From NCBI RefSeq assembly GCF_964355755.1, contig NC_092679.1, positions 2,138,201 to 2,202,200 of the forward strand: a DNA stretch of 64,000 nt, read 5' to 3'. Shown one piece after another: positions 25,201 through 36,800 of the stretch. A program made the position numbers and the translations under genes. Every line of letters starts with the position of its first letter. Position 1 is the first letter of the stretch. Source of the stretch: Antedon mediterranea. Taxonomy: Eukaryota; Animalia; Echinodermata. The notes under the pieces are model-generated. The model searched no databases, was not told where the DNA came from, and worked only from the letters and a program-made list of their open reading frames with translations.

Positions 25201-28184
25201 TGGATAAAGATAGTATGACACAGAATAGATCACAAGAACTACATGAAGTTAGAAACCACTTAAAGGCCAGAGAAATCGAGTTGCAAACATTGATAAAACA
25301 GAAAGAGACCTTACAATTTGAGTTAGAAGGTTTCCGTCTAGAGGTCGAAGGTCATAAAAAAGAGAACTTGAATCTTCAACATGCTATTCATAACAAGGAT
25401 GCGGAGTGCCGCCAGATTCAAGACGTCTGCAACCGAATGTCAGCTGAGATTCAAGAGAAAAACTTTGAAATCACAACTTTGAAAGAGAAGTCCGCAACTC
25501 TACGAAAGCTGGTAGATGATGATAGTAATAACCACGGACAGATGCAGGATCTTTTAAGGGAGACTGAAGCAATGCAGAAGCAGGCTGCTTTATTCCAGCA
25601 AGAGAGAGATCAAGTTCTGTTGGCGTTGCAGACAAAACAAGCTGAGATGGGCTCAGTACAGCAACAAGTATGCATTATCTTTTATATACATAAAAGCATG
25701 AAATATTTTTGTTAGTTTCTAAAATACTAATTATTTTATCCAAGATATGTACATTCTTTTTCTTTAATAGTGTTTCTTGATCAAATGAATTGAAACATCA
25801 AAGTGTTTTGGTTGCTCTCTAATAATGAATAAATTTTCTATTTCATTTATTTTTAAATTCAAACTTTAGGTTCAAACAATAAGTGAAAAGAATCAACGAT
25901 TAGAAAAAGAATTAAGTCGCTTGCGAAACCATCTCATTGAAATGGAAGATTCGTATACGAGAGATGCGCTGCAGGCAGAGGAACGTGAAAAAGAGCTAAG
26001 AAACCGCATAGCAGTAGCAGAGGAGAGAGCCATATCAAGCTCTACTGATGTTCAAAAAGCAAGGTAAGTGATCAAGATCAAAGATTTGTGAAATTGTACT
26101 GTAGTATAAAATCAGATGCTAACACAATCACTTTGTTTAGTTTTGAAGCCACTGCTCAGATTGAGAGCTTACTTGACCAACTGCACGCAATAACTGCTCA
26201 GAAGGAAGACGCTCATATCCAGTTGGCAGCAGCTCATGAGCAAATACAACAGTATGCAGACTCGATGGCCAATCTAGAGATGGTATTGGAGCAGTTCCAA
26301 CAAGGTAAGCAAACCTGCTTGCTTTTACTTGGGCCAGGGGTGTACACAACACTCGCAGGGGAGAAAAGAACACCTCTACCAGCCTTCTAATATCATAAAA
26401 GGTGATGACTATAATGTACTACCTATTTTTTTATCTTTGAATGCGAGTTTATGACGATTTATTTTTGTTTTCCTTATCAGAAAAAGATGCTGTGATGCAG
26501 ACAGAAATTGAGCAGCATCAAAAAAGAGCAAGAGACAAAGAGAGAGCGGCTCAATTATTACTTAAGCAGAATGATGAACTTAAAAACAAACTTGAAGAGA
26601 CCAAAGAAGCTCTGAATGGTGCGATGCGCTTGAATGAACAACTTGATAACAAAGAGGAGTTAATCAAGAAATTAAAAGAAGAAGGTACAATAATATATTG
26701 CTTATTTCTTTTCAAATTGAAGAAAAAAATTGAACATGAATCTGTGATACACTCTTCCAAAGTGAATATGGGGAAATGGTTAACAATTAAATTTACAGTT
26801 GAGAAAACTGAAAGCATAAATATCGACAAAGACATGAATGATATTGAATATTATTTACATTTTTTGTAGTGTATAAGAAAGAAGAGCAAGCGGAGGAGTA
26901 TCACCAGAAATTGATAGATTTCAACACAATGAATGGCTCCAAAGTAGACAAGTAAGTTGCATATATAAGAAGATAGAAATTCAATGTATACCATGGTATA
27001 ATATATAGCAAGTGGCTAAGTGGTTAAGACGGTGGAACAGTAATAACTAGCTATAATGTCGGCAAGGGTTCGAGCCTCACTCGCTTCATGGTTCTGGTGG
27101 TAGAACAAATCTTCTCAGATAGGGACTATAAAACTGTAACCTGGCTCATGTGCTCCTTAAAAAACCTAGTACATCTTTCGAGAGGAGTAAGGGGTTACCC
27201 CGGTGTTCTAGTGTACACACAGACAGTTATCATAACTCATCATTAGGGCCCCTTGATTTTCAGCCTATGCTGTTTAGGGTCTCCCTCTACAAATACGGTT
27301 GAATAACAAAAATTAAATAAACTATTATGTATTTTGTTCCACTATTTCTGGAAATGATAAAATCTAGATATTTGTTTGTTTTCTTTAGACCTTTGATTCG
27401 TAATCTAGTTGTTGGATATTTCACAACGCCCGATGCTAAGAAATCCCAAGTTTTGAAGTTGATAGGCAGCGTTCTAGAATTCTCAGACAGCGAACTACAG
27501 AGAGTTGGAGCACAAGGCCATGAACATAAAGGCTGGTTGTCAGGGCTTTGGTCAAAACCAGCAACTCCACCGCCACCATCCCCACGCACTACAGCTGCAA
27601 ACACGGTTAGTTACAATTTGAAAAATAATTGCTTTTTAGTAATCATCAAGTAAAAATTAAATAATCAAATATGATATGCCACGAAGATAGATGTTAAGTA
27701 AGTGGTTGACAATTGATAAAATTTAATCAATCAATACCAATAACTTAAGCTCTGTCTACACTATCAAACTAGTTGGACAAAAAAAGTGTGATGTGCCCAA
27801 ATATGGTATGATATCATGTCCATATTTAAAATTAAACACGTATTTTTTTCATTTTAGTCTTTCATGGAACAGTTTGTTTCATTCCTGGAAACCGAATCAA
27901 CGCCAATGAAGAAACTACGTCTACCAGTCGAGGACATGATAAAAGACGAACCACGAACACCAGCATTTAATCCATTCTCCGCCCCAATCCCCAAAGAATC
28001 CCCCTTCATCAGGAACACAGCACCAAAATCATCCGGTGACAGGCCACCAGGGTTTTTGCAACCAACAATCGCACCTGTACCGATGTTCTCTGCCGTACCG
28101 GTAACCCCAAAGACGACGTTAGACACGAGAAGCGCTACACCACCACAGAAGGGAAATATACTAAAAGAAGTACTGAACAATTAA
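15560..28184 (+). CDS. TRIP11: Golgin TRIP11/GMAP-210, about 2490 aa, 18 exons
   Basis: Exons 15560-15674, 15995-16071, 16227-16337, 16600-16848, 16978-17049, 17229-17844, 18122-18225, 19306-19440, 20299-20849, 20952-21117, 21343-21477, 21714-25667, 25870-26063, 26141-26304, 26481-26684, 26870-26951, 27389-27605, 27858-28184; 7473 nt in frame. N-terminus MDWFG..GQLSSVASFTRDVLTEGTEEV, long coiled coil with RLRNHLIEMEDSYTRDAL, GRAB domain (LIRNLVVGYF..VLKLIGSVLEF) and GA1 motif (SFMEQFVSFLETES). Exons 7-8 are the least certain. Confidence 0.92.
19633..20200 (-). repeat. Four tandem ~152-bp units, each containing a tRNA-like SINE head
   Basis: Spacings 143, 152, 152 bp; the minus strand has A box TGGTCTAGTGG and B box GGTTCAAATC. 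Confidence 0.85.
27008..27286 (+). mobile_element. tRNA-derived SINE with a Deu/Nin-like central domain
   Basis: A box TGGCTAAGTGG, B box GGTTCGAGCC, then TTAAAAAACCTAGTACATCTTTCGAGAGGAGTAAGGGGTTACCCCGGTGTT resembling the recalled Deu/Nin domain. Confidence 0.7.
27748..27825. mobile_element. MITE family B fragment
   Basis: One TIR plus part of the core. Confidence 0.65.
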
Positions 28185-28665
28185 AAATATAGTTGATAAA
28201 TTATTAAATTTTATCAAGATTTATGTATTTTGCAATTAAACTATTCATATTAAACCACCAGTGATTATGATTTTATTATTTAATTTTGTGTTTATAGTAT
28301 CACTTTATGGTGTAAGGTTGGCATAGTGTTTTGTTTGGGGATTATATCAAGTTTTTCCATTAAATGAATGTCAAAAATGTGAATGTAAATATATCAAAAA
28401 TAAATAAATTCAATTATTTTTATGATTATTCTTATGCACTAGTATAGTATTATTTTAATTGTACTGTACTTTTTGGGATCAGTGGGTTCATAGTGAATTA
28501 CAAGATTAATTCTTGGGTAATCACTTCCATTTATATATTTCAATTATATTATTAGGTGTACAAAGGAAAATGTTATATTTTATGCCACATTATTAAATAC
28601 AGATTTTTATTATATATTCTGTTTTTGTGTTTATTGGTTGGAAATTTGTGAAATAAATATTCTTA

Positions 28666-28804
28666 AGCTGTCTACACTATCAAACTAGTTTGATAAAGAA
28701 AGTGTGATGTGGCCAAATATGGTAGTGATATGACTTCATCATATCCATAATATGGGCACATCAACATTTTTTGTCACATAAAGTTTGATGGTGTAGACAG
28801 AGCT
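28666..28804. mobile_element. MITE family B
   Basis: Both TIRs, TTA TSD. Confidence 0.8.
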
Positions 28805-29672
28805 TTACAATAAAGCTAGGCTAGTCTTCCAGTTAATAATAATAATAATAAGATTTTTATAGCGCACATACCACTCCAGAGTGCTCAAGGCGCATTTAAA
28901 AATAAAAAAAAGAAAATAAATCATACAAATTCCTGAAAAAATAAAATGCAATTTCTTTGATGCTGAGACAACTATATAAGTCTCTGGTTGCAGATTGACT
29001 ATAAATCCCATTCACATCAATATTGCAGCACCCATGGTTTGGCTGCCAGACAATGGGTTTTTGGTTGAATGTAACCGTTTATTTTGTTTTTTAAAAAGAG
29101 AAAATTTAGGGTTTTTCCTACAGAAGTGATTAACTACAAAATGACCTATTCAAAGTTTATTTTAGTTAATTTTCTTCCATGTTTTTGGGGAACAATACAT
29201 CCTTCAATAAATTTGGCTGAAGGCGACCCTAAACAACACAAGCATATGTTTGAATAGGAAAACTGCATTTATGTGTTTAACCCCAGTGTTTTTAACTTAA
29301 TTTGATTGATTTTCTAACACTAAGTTCCAACACTCTGTTGACTTCTCGGTGTGTGTAAAGCGTTTTGTTACGTGACATGAAAGAGGTATAAGTACTGTGT
29401 ATGGTTAACAACATAGTGTAGAAAACGAATACCAAAAATGATCTTAACACATTTTAATTCTTGAAATAATCATCTATTATACATTGTATAAAGTCCATAA
29501 GCTATCTGTTTCCAACCCAACTGTTAACAACAAACATTTCTGGAACAAGTGACTGAACATGTCTAAACTGCTTTATGATAAACAGGCTACAATCTGATTG
29601 GTTAGATTTTAAGGTTATTCCATTTTCTGAAGTAGTCACAACAATCCATTTATATATTATTATCCCTCTGGT

Positions 29673-30081
29673 TTAATGGTGTCCCTCGCTGGCTAATGCC
29701 TTTTCGGACCTACGTTGAGCAACTGAAAAAAAAAAAAACATAATAAATTAACGTATTACTGTTTGTATTAATTTATTTGCAATGAACAAATAAAAGAAAA
29801 AAAAACTTTTATTCATACACATAAGTGTAATACAGTAATGCCATTGAGAGCATTTATTTATTTGGAAAATTGTTTTTAAAGAAAATAATAATACAGGTAT
29901 GTACTTTTTTAGGCCTATATTTTGACAACTTACTTCCAATAGTACTACATTTGATCATAACATAGCCAATGATGCAAATTCCTGGCGCTAAAAACGGCCC
30001 CATATGACGCACATATGGTTTTAAAAAATTGGATATATTTGCTGGATAAGGCCTGCTCCATTCCCCATAACGAGACATCAT
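29673..30081 (-). CDS. ATP5MJ: 65-aa microprotein, probable mitochondrial ATP synthase subunit j / 6.8 kDa proteolipid (ATP5MJ-like)
   Basis: Coding exons 30081-29934 and 29722-29673 (phase 1, GT-AG) give MMSRYGEWSRPYPANISNFLKPYVRHMGPFLAPGICIIGYVMIKCSTIGIAQRRSEKALASEGHH*. KPY, one TM helix with G..G, a basic KAL segment and C-terminal GHH match recalled mammalian 6.8PL. Non-coding exon 1 donor near 30636; ATTAAA signal near 29455. Confidence 0.72.
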
Positions 30082-32109
30082 AAATTTGCTGAAAAACAAG
30101 GACAAGTTTTTTGATAAATTAAATAGCATTCAAGACATTGATTGATGGAGAGGATAATCCTAGCAAAAGTGAGTGTACATTTGATTGTTTTTTGGGCTGG
30201 GGGAATTGAATTGAATACAATTTGCCTAATTCTATGGTAGATACTGTACTAGGCCTAGGGCTAGGCTAGGCCTACTTCATCTACACTGTAGTAGACTCTA
30301 GCTAGGCTAGTAGTTAATCCATGCATATTCTAGACCTTACCTAGGCCTAGCCTACTAGTACTACTACTAATTAGGCTAGGCCTAGCTTGCGCTTAAAAAA
30401 TAGAGGGAGGGTCCCGGTATAGAGTAGCCGGCTAGCTAGGCTAGGCCTAGACTCTACTAACTAGCCTAGCTAGCACTAGCCTAGGCCTAGCAGGGCCTGG
30501 CTCTAAGCATTTTTATTAGCCTCGTAAATTGATACAATTACGTTTAAATTGACCACATTATATAGCACTAAAGGTACATCATTAAATAATATATCTCTAT
30601 TTAATATTAAAGAAGGCGGCGAGCTTTAATTCTTACCTTTTTATCAAATTTGTGCAACGGCGCTTTCGTGATGGACCGGATTTCAAGATGGAGAATATTG
30701 TAATCGTAGATGGCGCTATTTTTTCCGACAGAATCAGAACATATTAGCAGCTCAACTTAGCACTCACCCATTCCGGAATTTTGCCCTATATGTTCATAAT
30801 CATAATATAATTGTTTAAAAAAATTATTTTCATTAACTTTGGACTTCCTTAAAATTGAATTGTAAATTGTTCTTCCATTCATTTAATCACGTATAGCTCC
30901 AATTAACCAGTCTTTCCAAACATTTTGTAGAATAAAATCAGAATAACAAAACTATTTTCCTGTTTTTTTTTAATGCAATCAATGCCATGACTTTGGTAAT
31001 TAATCTACTGCTATACGTACAACGCATATAAATTGATTTTAATACTGTAAAAACAGAGTTTAAACCATGAAAAATTGAACATAAAATTTATATAATTCCA
31101 CCCTCGTAAAATATTGTTGAAATAAAAGTTAAAAAAATATCAAGTGAAAAGATTGATAAATGCCAGCAATTGGAAAACTCTATTACTGTTCGGCCCCATT
31201 CCCATTTGAGGGCCAATTCCCCTAAGGAGCCCTTCAATTACCGTAATTACCAATATCAACGAGGAATAAGCAATCATTTTCAAAAGCTTAATGTGTTAGT
31301 AGTCATTACGCAAAATAAAATTGAAAAAGATCTAAAATAATTAAGTAGGCCAAAATATTGTTATGCAACATTTCATGGTAAGCAAAAATCTGTTTTTATC
31401 TTATAATAATACACATGTCGCCAATTATTGTCGCCAATTAAATTTAAATTAAAAGTAATACTTAATTTTAATCTCAACGATTGATTTCGAAAACATTGTG
31501 GATTTAAATGTCATAAAACTAGCTAGAAACACACAGTAGGGCTAAAAACTAAAACTTATTTACAATAATATTGTATTTTACAGTCTTCTTAAATACTAAT
31601 GCAGCCTGTAATCAAATGAATACACATCACTCTGCATATCCACACATATTCTGGTGGAGATATTATATATTTAGTTACATCCAGTGGTGGGCTGGGCGTT
31701 TGCTAACGGTGCTTCTTGACAGTTTGACACGAATGCCTCATCCCCTTCAACCCCCTCCCCCCACATTCCCTTCCCAACACTCCTAACCGCGCAAACAAAT
31801 TTATTATACATATCCGTTAACATTTCTATATATACTAAAACTTTCGTTAAAAAACGCGAAACAAGAGGTCAAGTCTCAAGTTAAGTGTTGTATTTTCAAA
31901 CACAGAGATCTCCGTGTTAGGCAGTGTTAACAAACTTTCCACTTTTATCTATTCTAAAACCTCAACAGAAATTTTCTTCTTTTGAAAATTAAGAATTACG
32001 TACGTCTGTATATATGTACAGTGCATAAACCAAACAAAATAAAATACGATTTTGTTAACAACGATCTTTCCGTTAAAAAAAATCAATTAATATCCTACAA
32101 ATATCAACA

Positions 32110-32275
32110 CACTGTAGAACACCTATTAAAGGAACACTCTTCAAACACATGAGGGAAAATAACACTACTAACAACACCTATACAAGGGACACACCTATTA
32201 AGGGACACACCTATACAAGGGACACACCTATTAAGGGCACACCTTGTTGGGTCCCGAAGGTGGGATTGTACTGTA
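32110..32275. mobile_element. Degenerate pogo-like MITE with internal AAGGGACACACCTAT repeats
   Basis: Repeated 17-18-bp units, ending TTGTACTG-TA. Confidence 0.45.
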
Positions 32276-33855
32276 ATTTCCTAATTAAATAACAAAATTG
32301 CATTATCAAATTTATAATTACTCGTTTGAAAAAATAACAAGGCACTTGATCAATAACAAGTATCAATATGTTTGTAACGGGACATGGGAAGGTCAACACG
32401 GAAGGTCAACACGGAAGGTCAACACGGAAGCATTTTAGTTTCTGTATAGTAATTCCTAGTCTTTAAATAAACTATATTCCTTTGAAACTCAAAATTGTTT
32501 TACGTAAAAGTGCACCTCATATGAATGGTAATACTAAACAGGAGAAATAGAAATTAAACAAGAATATTTCTTACAAAAAACGCTGCTCGCTTATTGTTAT
32601 TGCTAAGGTCAAGTCTGGGGGTCACTTCATCACGCCTAGATACTTCAAGTATCCTATTACAAACAAAAACTTCAATGGACTGTTTTGATAATAATTCAAT
32701 GATTATCTGACAGCGAATTATATCATGGGACTCATAAATACCAGAATGCTTTGGGATTTGTCGTTAGACTCTTTTCTCAGCCGTTTTTGGATTCAACAGG
32801 TGGTACCAATAAATTATAGTGGAGTTTCCATTTTAACAAAAATGTCAAAGTGTAGTACTATAAAGCTGCTTGATTTCATCTAATGAATGAGTCATCTCGT
32901 GTGACGTAGCGGGCTAGAGCAGCAGCGTGAAAAATGTTTTATCTTTCTACCATTTTCGAATAAAATAGTTTATTATATTAACCTGGGTGTCAAGTCCAAA
33001 TCTCTAGATCAAGAAAATTAGGATATTGCAGGTTTTCGTTTTCTAGACACCCTATAAAACTGTTTGTTTTTGTAAATTTTTGAAATGAGCCTCTTGTAGT
33101 TGAGAACAGTTAGTTTAGCAAAATAGTTAGTTTTCAATACATTCGTTTTCCAGACAGCCTAACTGTTTTTGTAAATCTTTAAAATGGTTGAATACAGTAA
33201 ATTCAACATATTTAGTTTTCAATATCTTATTTTTTTTTGTAAATATGTTGAATTAAGCCTCATGCGTTTGAATACAGTATGTTCAGCGTAGACAAAGCCT
33301 ATAGATTAAAAGAATAAAAGGCAGCTTAAAATGTAGTATAATGTCAGCCATAATCAGTTATTGAGGTATCTGATTGGGTTTCAGATGAGGTATATTGACT
33401 ATTTCACCTGAAAAATGTCAAGGCTGCTTGAACCAATTAATTAAAGAAGTGCTTCATAATTAAAGGTGCCTATTCTAAATGTATATATTATTTATATTTG
33501 TAGTAAAACCAATATTTACAATTGTTGCATAGAAACTGTTGTACTGTTCTTTCTAAACTTTTTTAAAATGTGTTAAAATTAGTTTAAGTAACAATGTTGA
33601 TGAATACATAACAGTATCATTATGGTGGTATGATGTCATACATTACTAGTGATGATGTCATCAATGGCAATGGTGGTTTTACGTCATACATTACTTGCAA
33701 TGACGTCATATGTAACAGTACTGTAAGTTAATGATGAGTTCATGTATATAAAGTTGTGATGTCACATTAACAATGATATCTCGATTGATTACAGTCAATA
33801 AGGTATCTGTTGATTGGTCACTTTCAATCCCAGCCTGGGTTTTTTTAAAAAATTA

Positions 33856-36800
33856 TTACATTTCAACAAGGTATGGGAAAACGAGCGAGAACTGTAGCCC
33901 GCAGAAAATGCCAAGTACCAGGAAAAGGACCATCATTGCGGCAGCAACACTTGCATGGTTTGGATCTTTCAGAGTACTATAAAAAAAAAACAGATTTAAT
34001 AAGTGAATACATATGTTATCTTTTAAGTCATTGCTCCCTAGCTCACTGGGATAAATGTTTAGTCTCCCTAGCTTATTACAATAAATTGTTATTTATCTCT
34101 ATATTATGTTGTTATTCTATCTTTAAATTGTAATGTGCATTATGTGTCTTTTCTTAAATACTAGTTACAGCCACCACAAAAGACCATACCTTGAACCAGC
34201 AACCATAACAGCCGTCTTCAAGTAACCATTGGACAGCGAAAATATGAAGACGAACCCAATGTACAAGTAGTCGTTTAAAAAGAAGACGGGTAAAGTTCTG
34301 GTCTCTGGACGGTAGTTACAAAAGATGAAGATTGGGAAAAATATAAGACGTATCGCAACAGGTATCCACAGTACTTTAGCTGGAGGCTAAACAAAAAGAA
34401 CGGTTTTGAAGTAAATGTATATAAAGAGCATAGTACATACAACACCGGAAACACAAGACAAAATTCATAATTTTAAAGAGGCACATTTTTCCTCAACCCG
34501 TAGGCCATCCCAAAAGTTTTCCAATTATTGGTTGATATTATGTACAGTACTTATACAATAACAGAAGCCTTATTCTGTCGTAAGCTCTGTCTATACTATC
34601 AAATATCAATGTGATCAGCCCATATATAGACATGATGATGTTATATCACTACCATATTTGAGCATATATTTGGGCACATCACAACTAGTTTGATAGTGTA
34701 GACAGAGCTTTTATTGGAGAACTAAAGAAAATACTTACTGGTCTCAGGTATCCTGGAATACAGCTCCCAAAGAAGTCCAAGAAATTGAACATTAAGAAAC
34801 AAGTTACTGGTGTGAAATATACATCTAAAAATAAAAACATTTGAATTCTGTGATTTAAAAAATATTAATTTGTGTGTATGATATGGTATTTATAATTTTG
34901 ATTTGAAGGTTATTTTCAGTCTAGGTGCTGGTGTGACGTAAGCCAGGTGAACGAAATAATGATTCTTAAAACCTTACCAAAGAATGACGATCTTGGCGCG
35001 GGTGTAGATGGCTCAACTTGGACTAACATCGGTGGGAACACAGACAACGTCACGAAAAAAGTGAGCCATATGTTAAACAATTGCATAGCAACCTGTAAAA
35101 TGTTCAAATTTAAAAATCCATCAAAATATATAAGTGATTGTAAAATCAAAATGGTACTAGGTATGATCATGAAGAATTCTCCATGGTATGATCAACTAGT
35201 GTTCCTGCGTTTAACAGAACATCCATTCATAGAAGCAGTGATGAAGAAAGTCTACCTGGTGGCGACTACAGAATGGTCCCAAGACATGACTATACTTCGG
35301 CTTTAGTTAATAGAAGATATGAAATGTTTTTTTAACAAGGATTAATTAACAACAATGCATTGCTGCAGTGAATCTATTGTAATGTATTGCAGTGAAAAGT
35401 AATTAAGTTTACTCATCAGAAGAGTACAATGTTGGTACCAATAAGAATTACTTACAGCTCGGAAGATTCTTCCATACGGCGGTCTCTTATGGCTTGCTGG
35501 TGTGGTCTTTTCATCATTGTCTTCATTTCCTGGAGTAGTAGGTTCATATCCTATGTAGTACTTTGAAAATTGCTAAAATACAATATATAACATAATTAGA
35601 CACAAAACATATGTTGAATATCATTTCAATTATTCTTAACATTTCTTAAACTCATATTAATAAAAGGTTCAATTTTAATTTAGTTCCATAATATAATGAT
35701 AACACACAATAACATAATAATAGTTTAGTAATAAATAAAATTGCATATAAATACCATGAATTAATAGTTCCATTTTTCTACTTACTAATTTGAATAACAG
35801 GTACTACTTACTAATTTGAATAACAGGTTGTAAGAAATGAAGCAAAGAGCTATGACAAAGCATGCTGTAGCAAAGTAGCCAATAGCAGCATTCCGTATAC
35901 TTTTAGCCGCTATAAATAAACATTTTTTATGTTTAGATAATTATGTTTTTTTTTTACAATGTTGCAAATTTTATTCCATGTAATAATCTATCGCAATTCA
36001 GTTCAACTGTGAAGATGATTTTGAATAAATACACTATTATGAATGAATATATCTACAATTAGTATTATTCTAGTTATTTATATTTATCTATTTTTTTATT
36101 TTTCTTTCCCAGTCAAAAAAGAAAATTATACTAAAAATGGTATGAAACCTTAAACGGTTGCTTAAGATTTTAAACAAGAAACTCTGCTTAAGCTCTGTCT
36201 ACACTATCAAACTGTATGTGACAAAACAATGTGATGTGCCCATGAACATGATGATGTCATATCACTACCATATTTAACAATATCACTACCATATTTGGGC
36301 ACATCACACTTTTTCTGTCAAACGAGTTTGATAGTGTAGACAGACTTTAGTCATAAGAACAATCATTTCAACACAGCACAATTTATCTTTTATTAATTAT
36401 TTCCCAGAATAAATTGCTGACGACATGTTATTATATGAATGAAATTCTTCACATGGAACATTCCATCGACGTGAATGATTGGCTCGCTGCCAAAAGTAAA
36501 TACACTAAGTGAAGACAGGAGGTAATCTTGGGTTGTGTTCAGACTGTAAACTCAATTTACATGTGTAACCTATATTTTGGGAACTATTCACTTTGTAATT
36601 TGTATTCCTCCCCAATACCAGTACTTTCTGATATGTGAATAACATAATTTAAAACAGACAGTTAAACAAATATTTATACAATGCGAAATGTTAACATTTA
36701 AAACTTACCAGCAATGGATAAAATACTGATCATTGCAACAAACGTTCCACCAAGCCCCTGTCAAAATATATAATTTAAATAATTTTAACTCCTGATTTAA

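Noticed and set aside
21798-25715. Stand-alone 1305-aa myosin/SMC-like gene
   Set aside because: It is the large internal exon of TRIP11, bounded by splice sites at 21714 and 25667.
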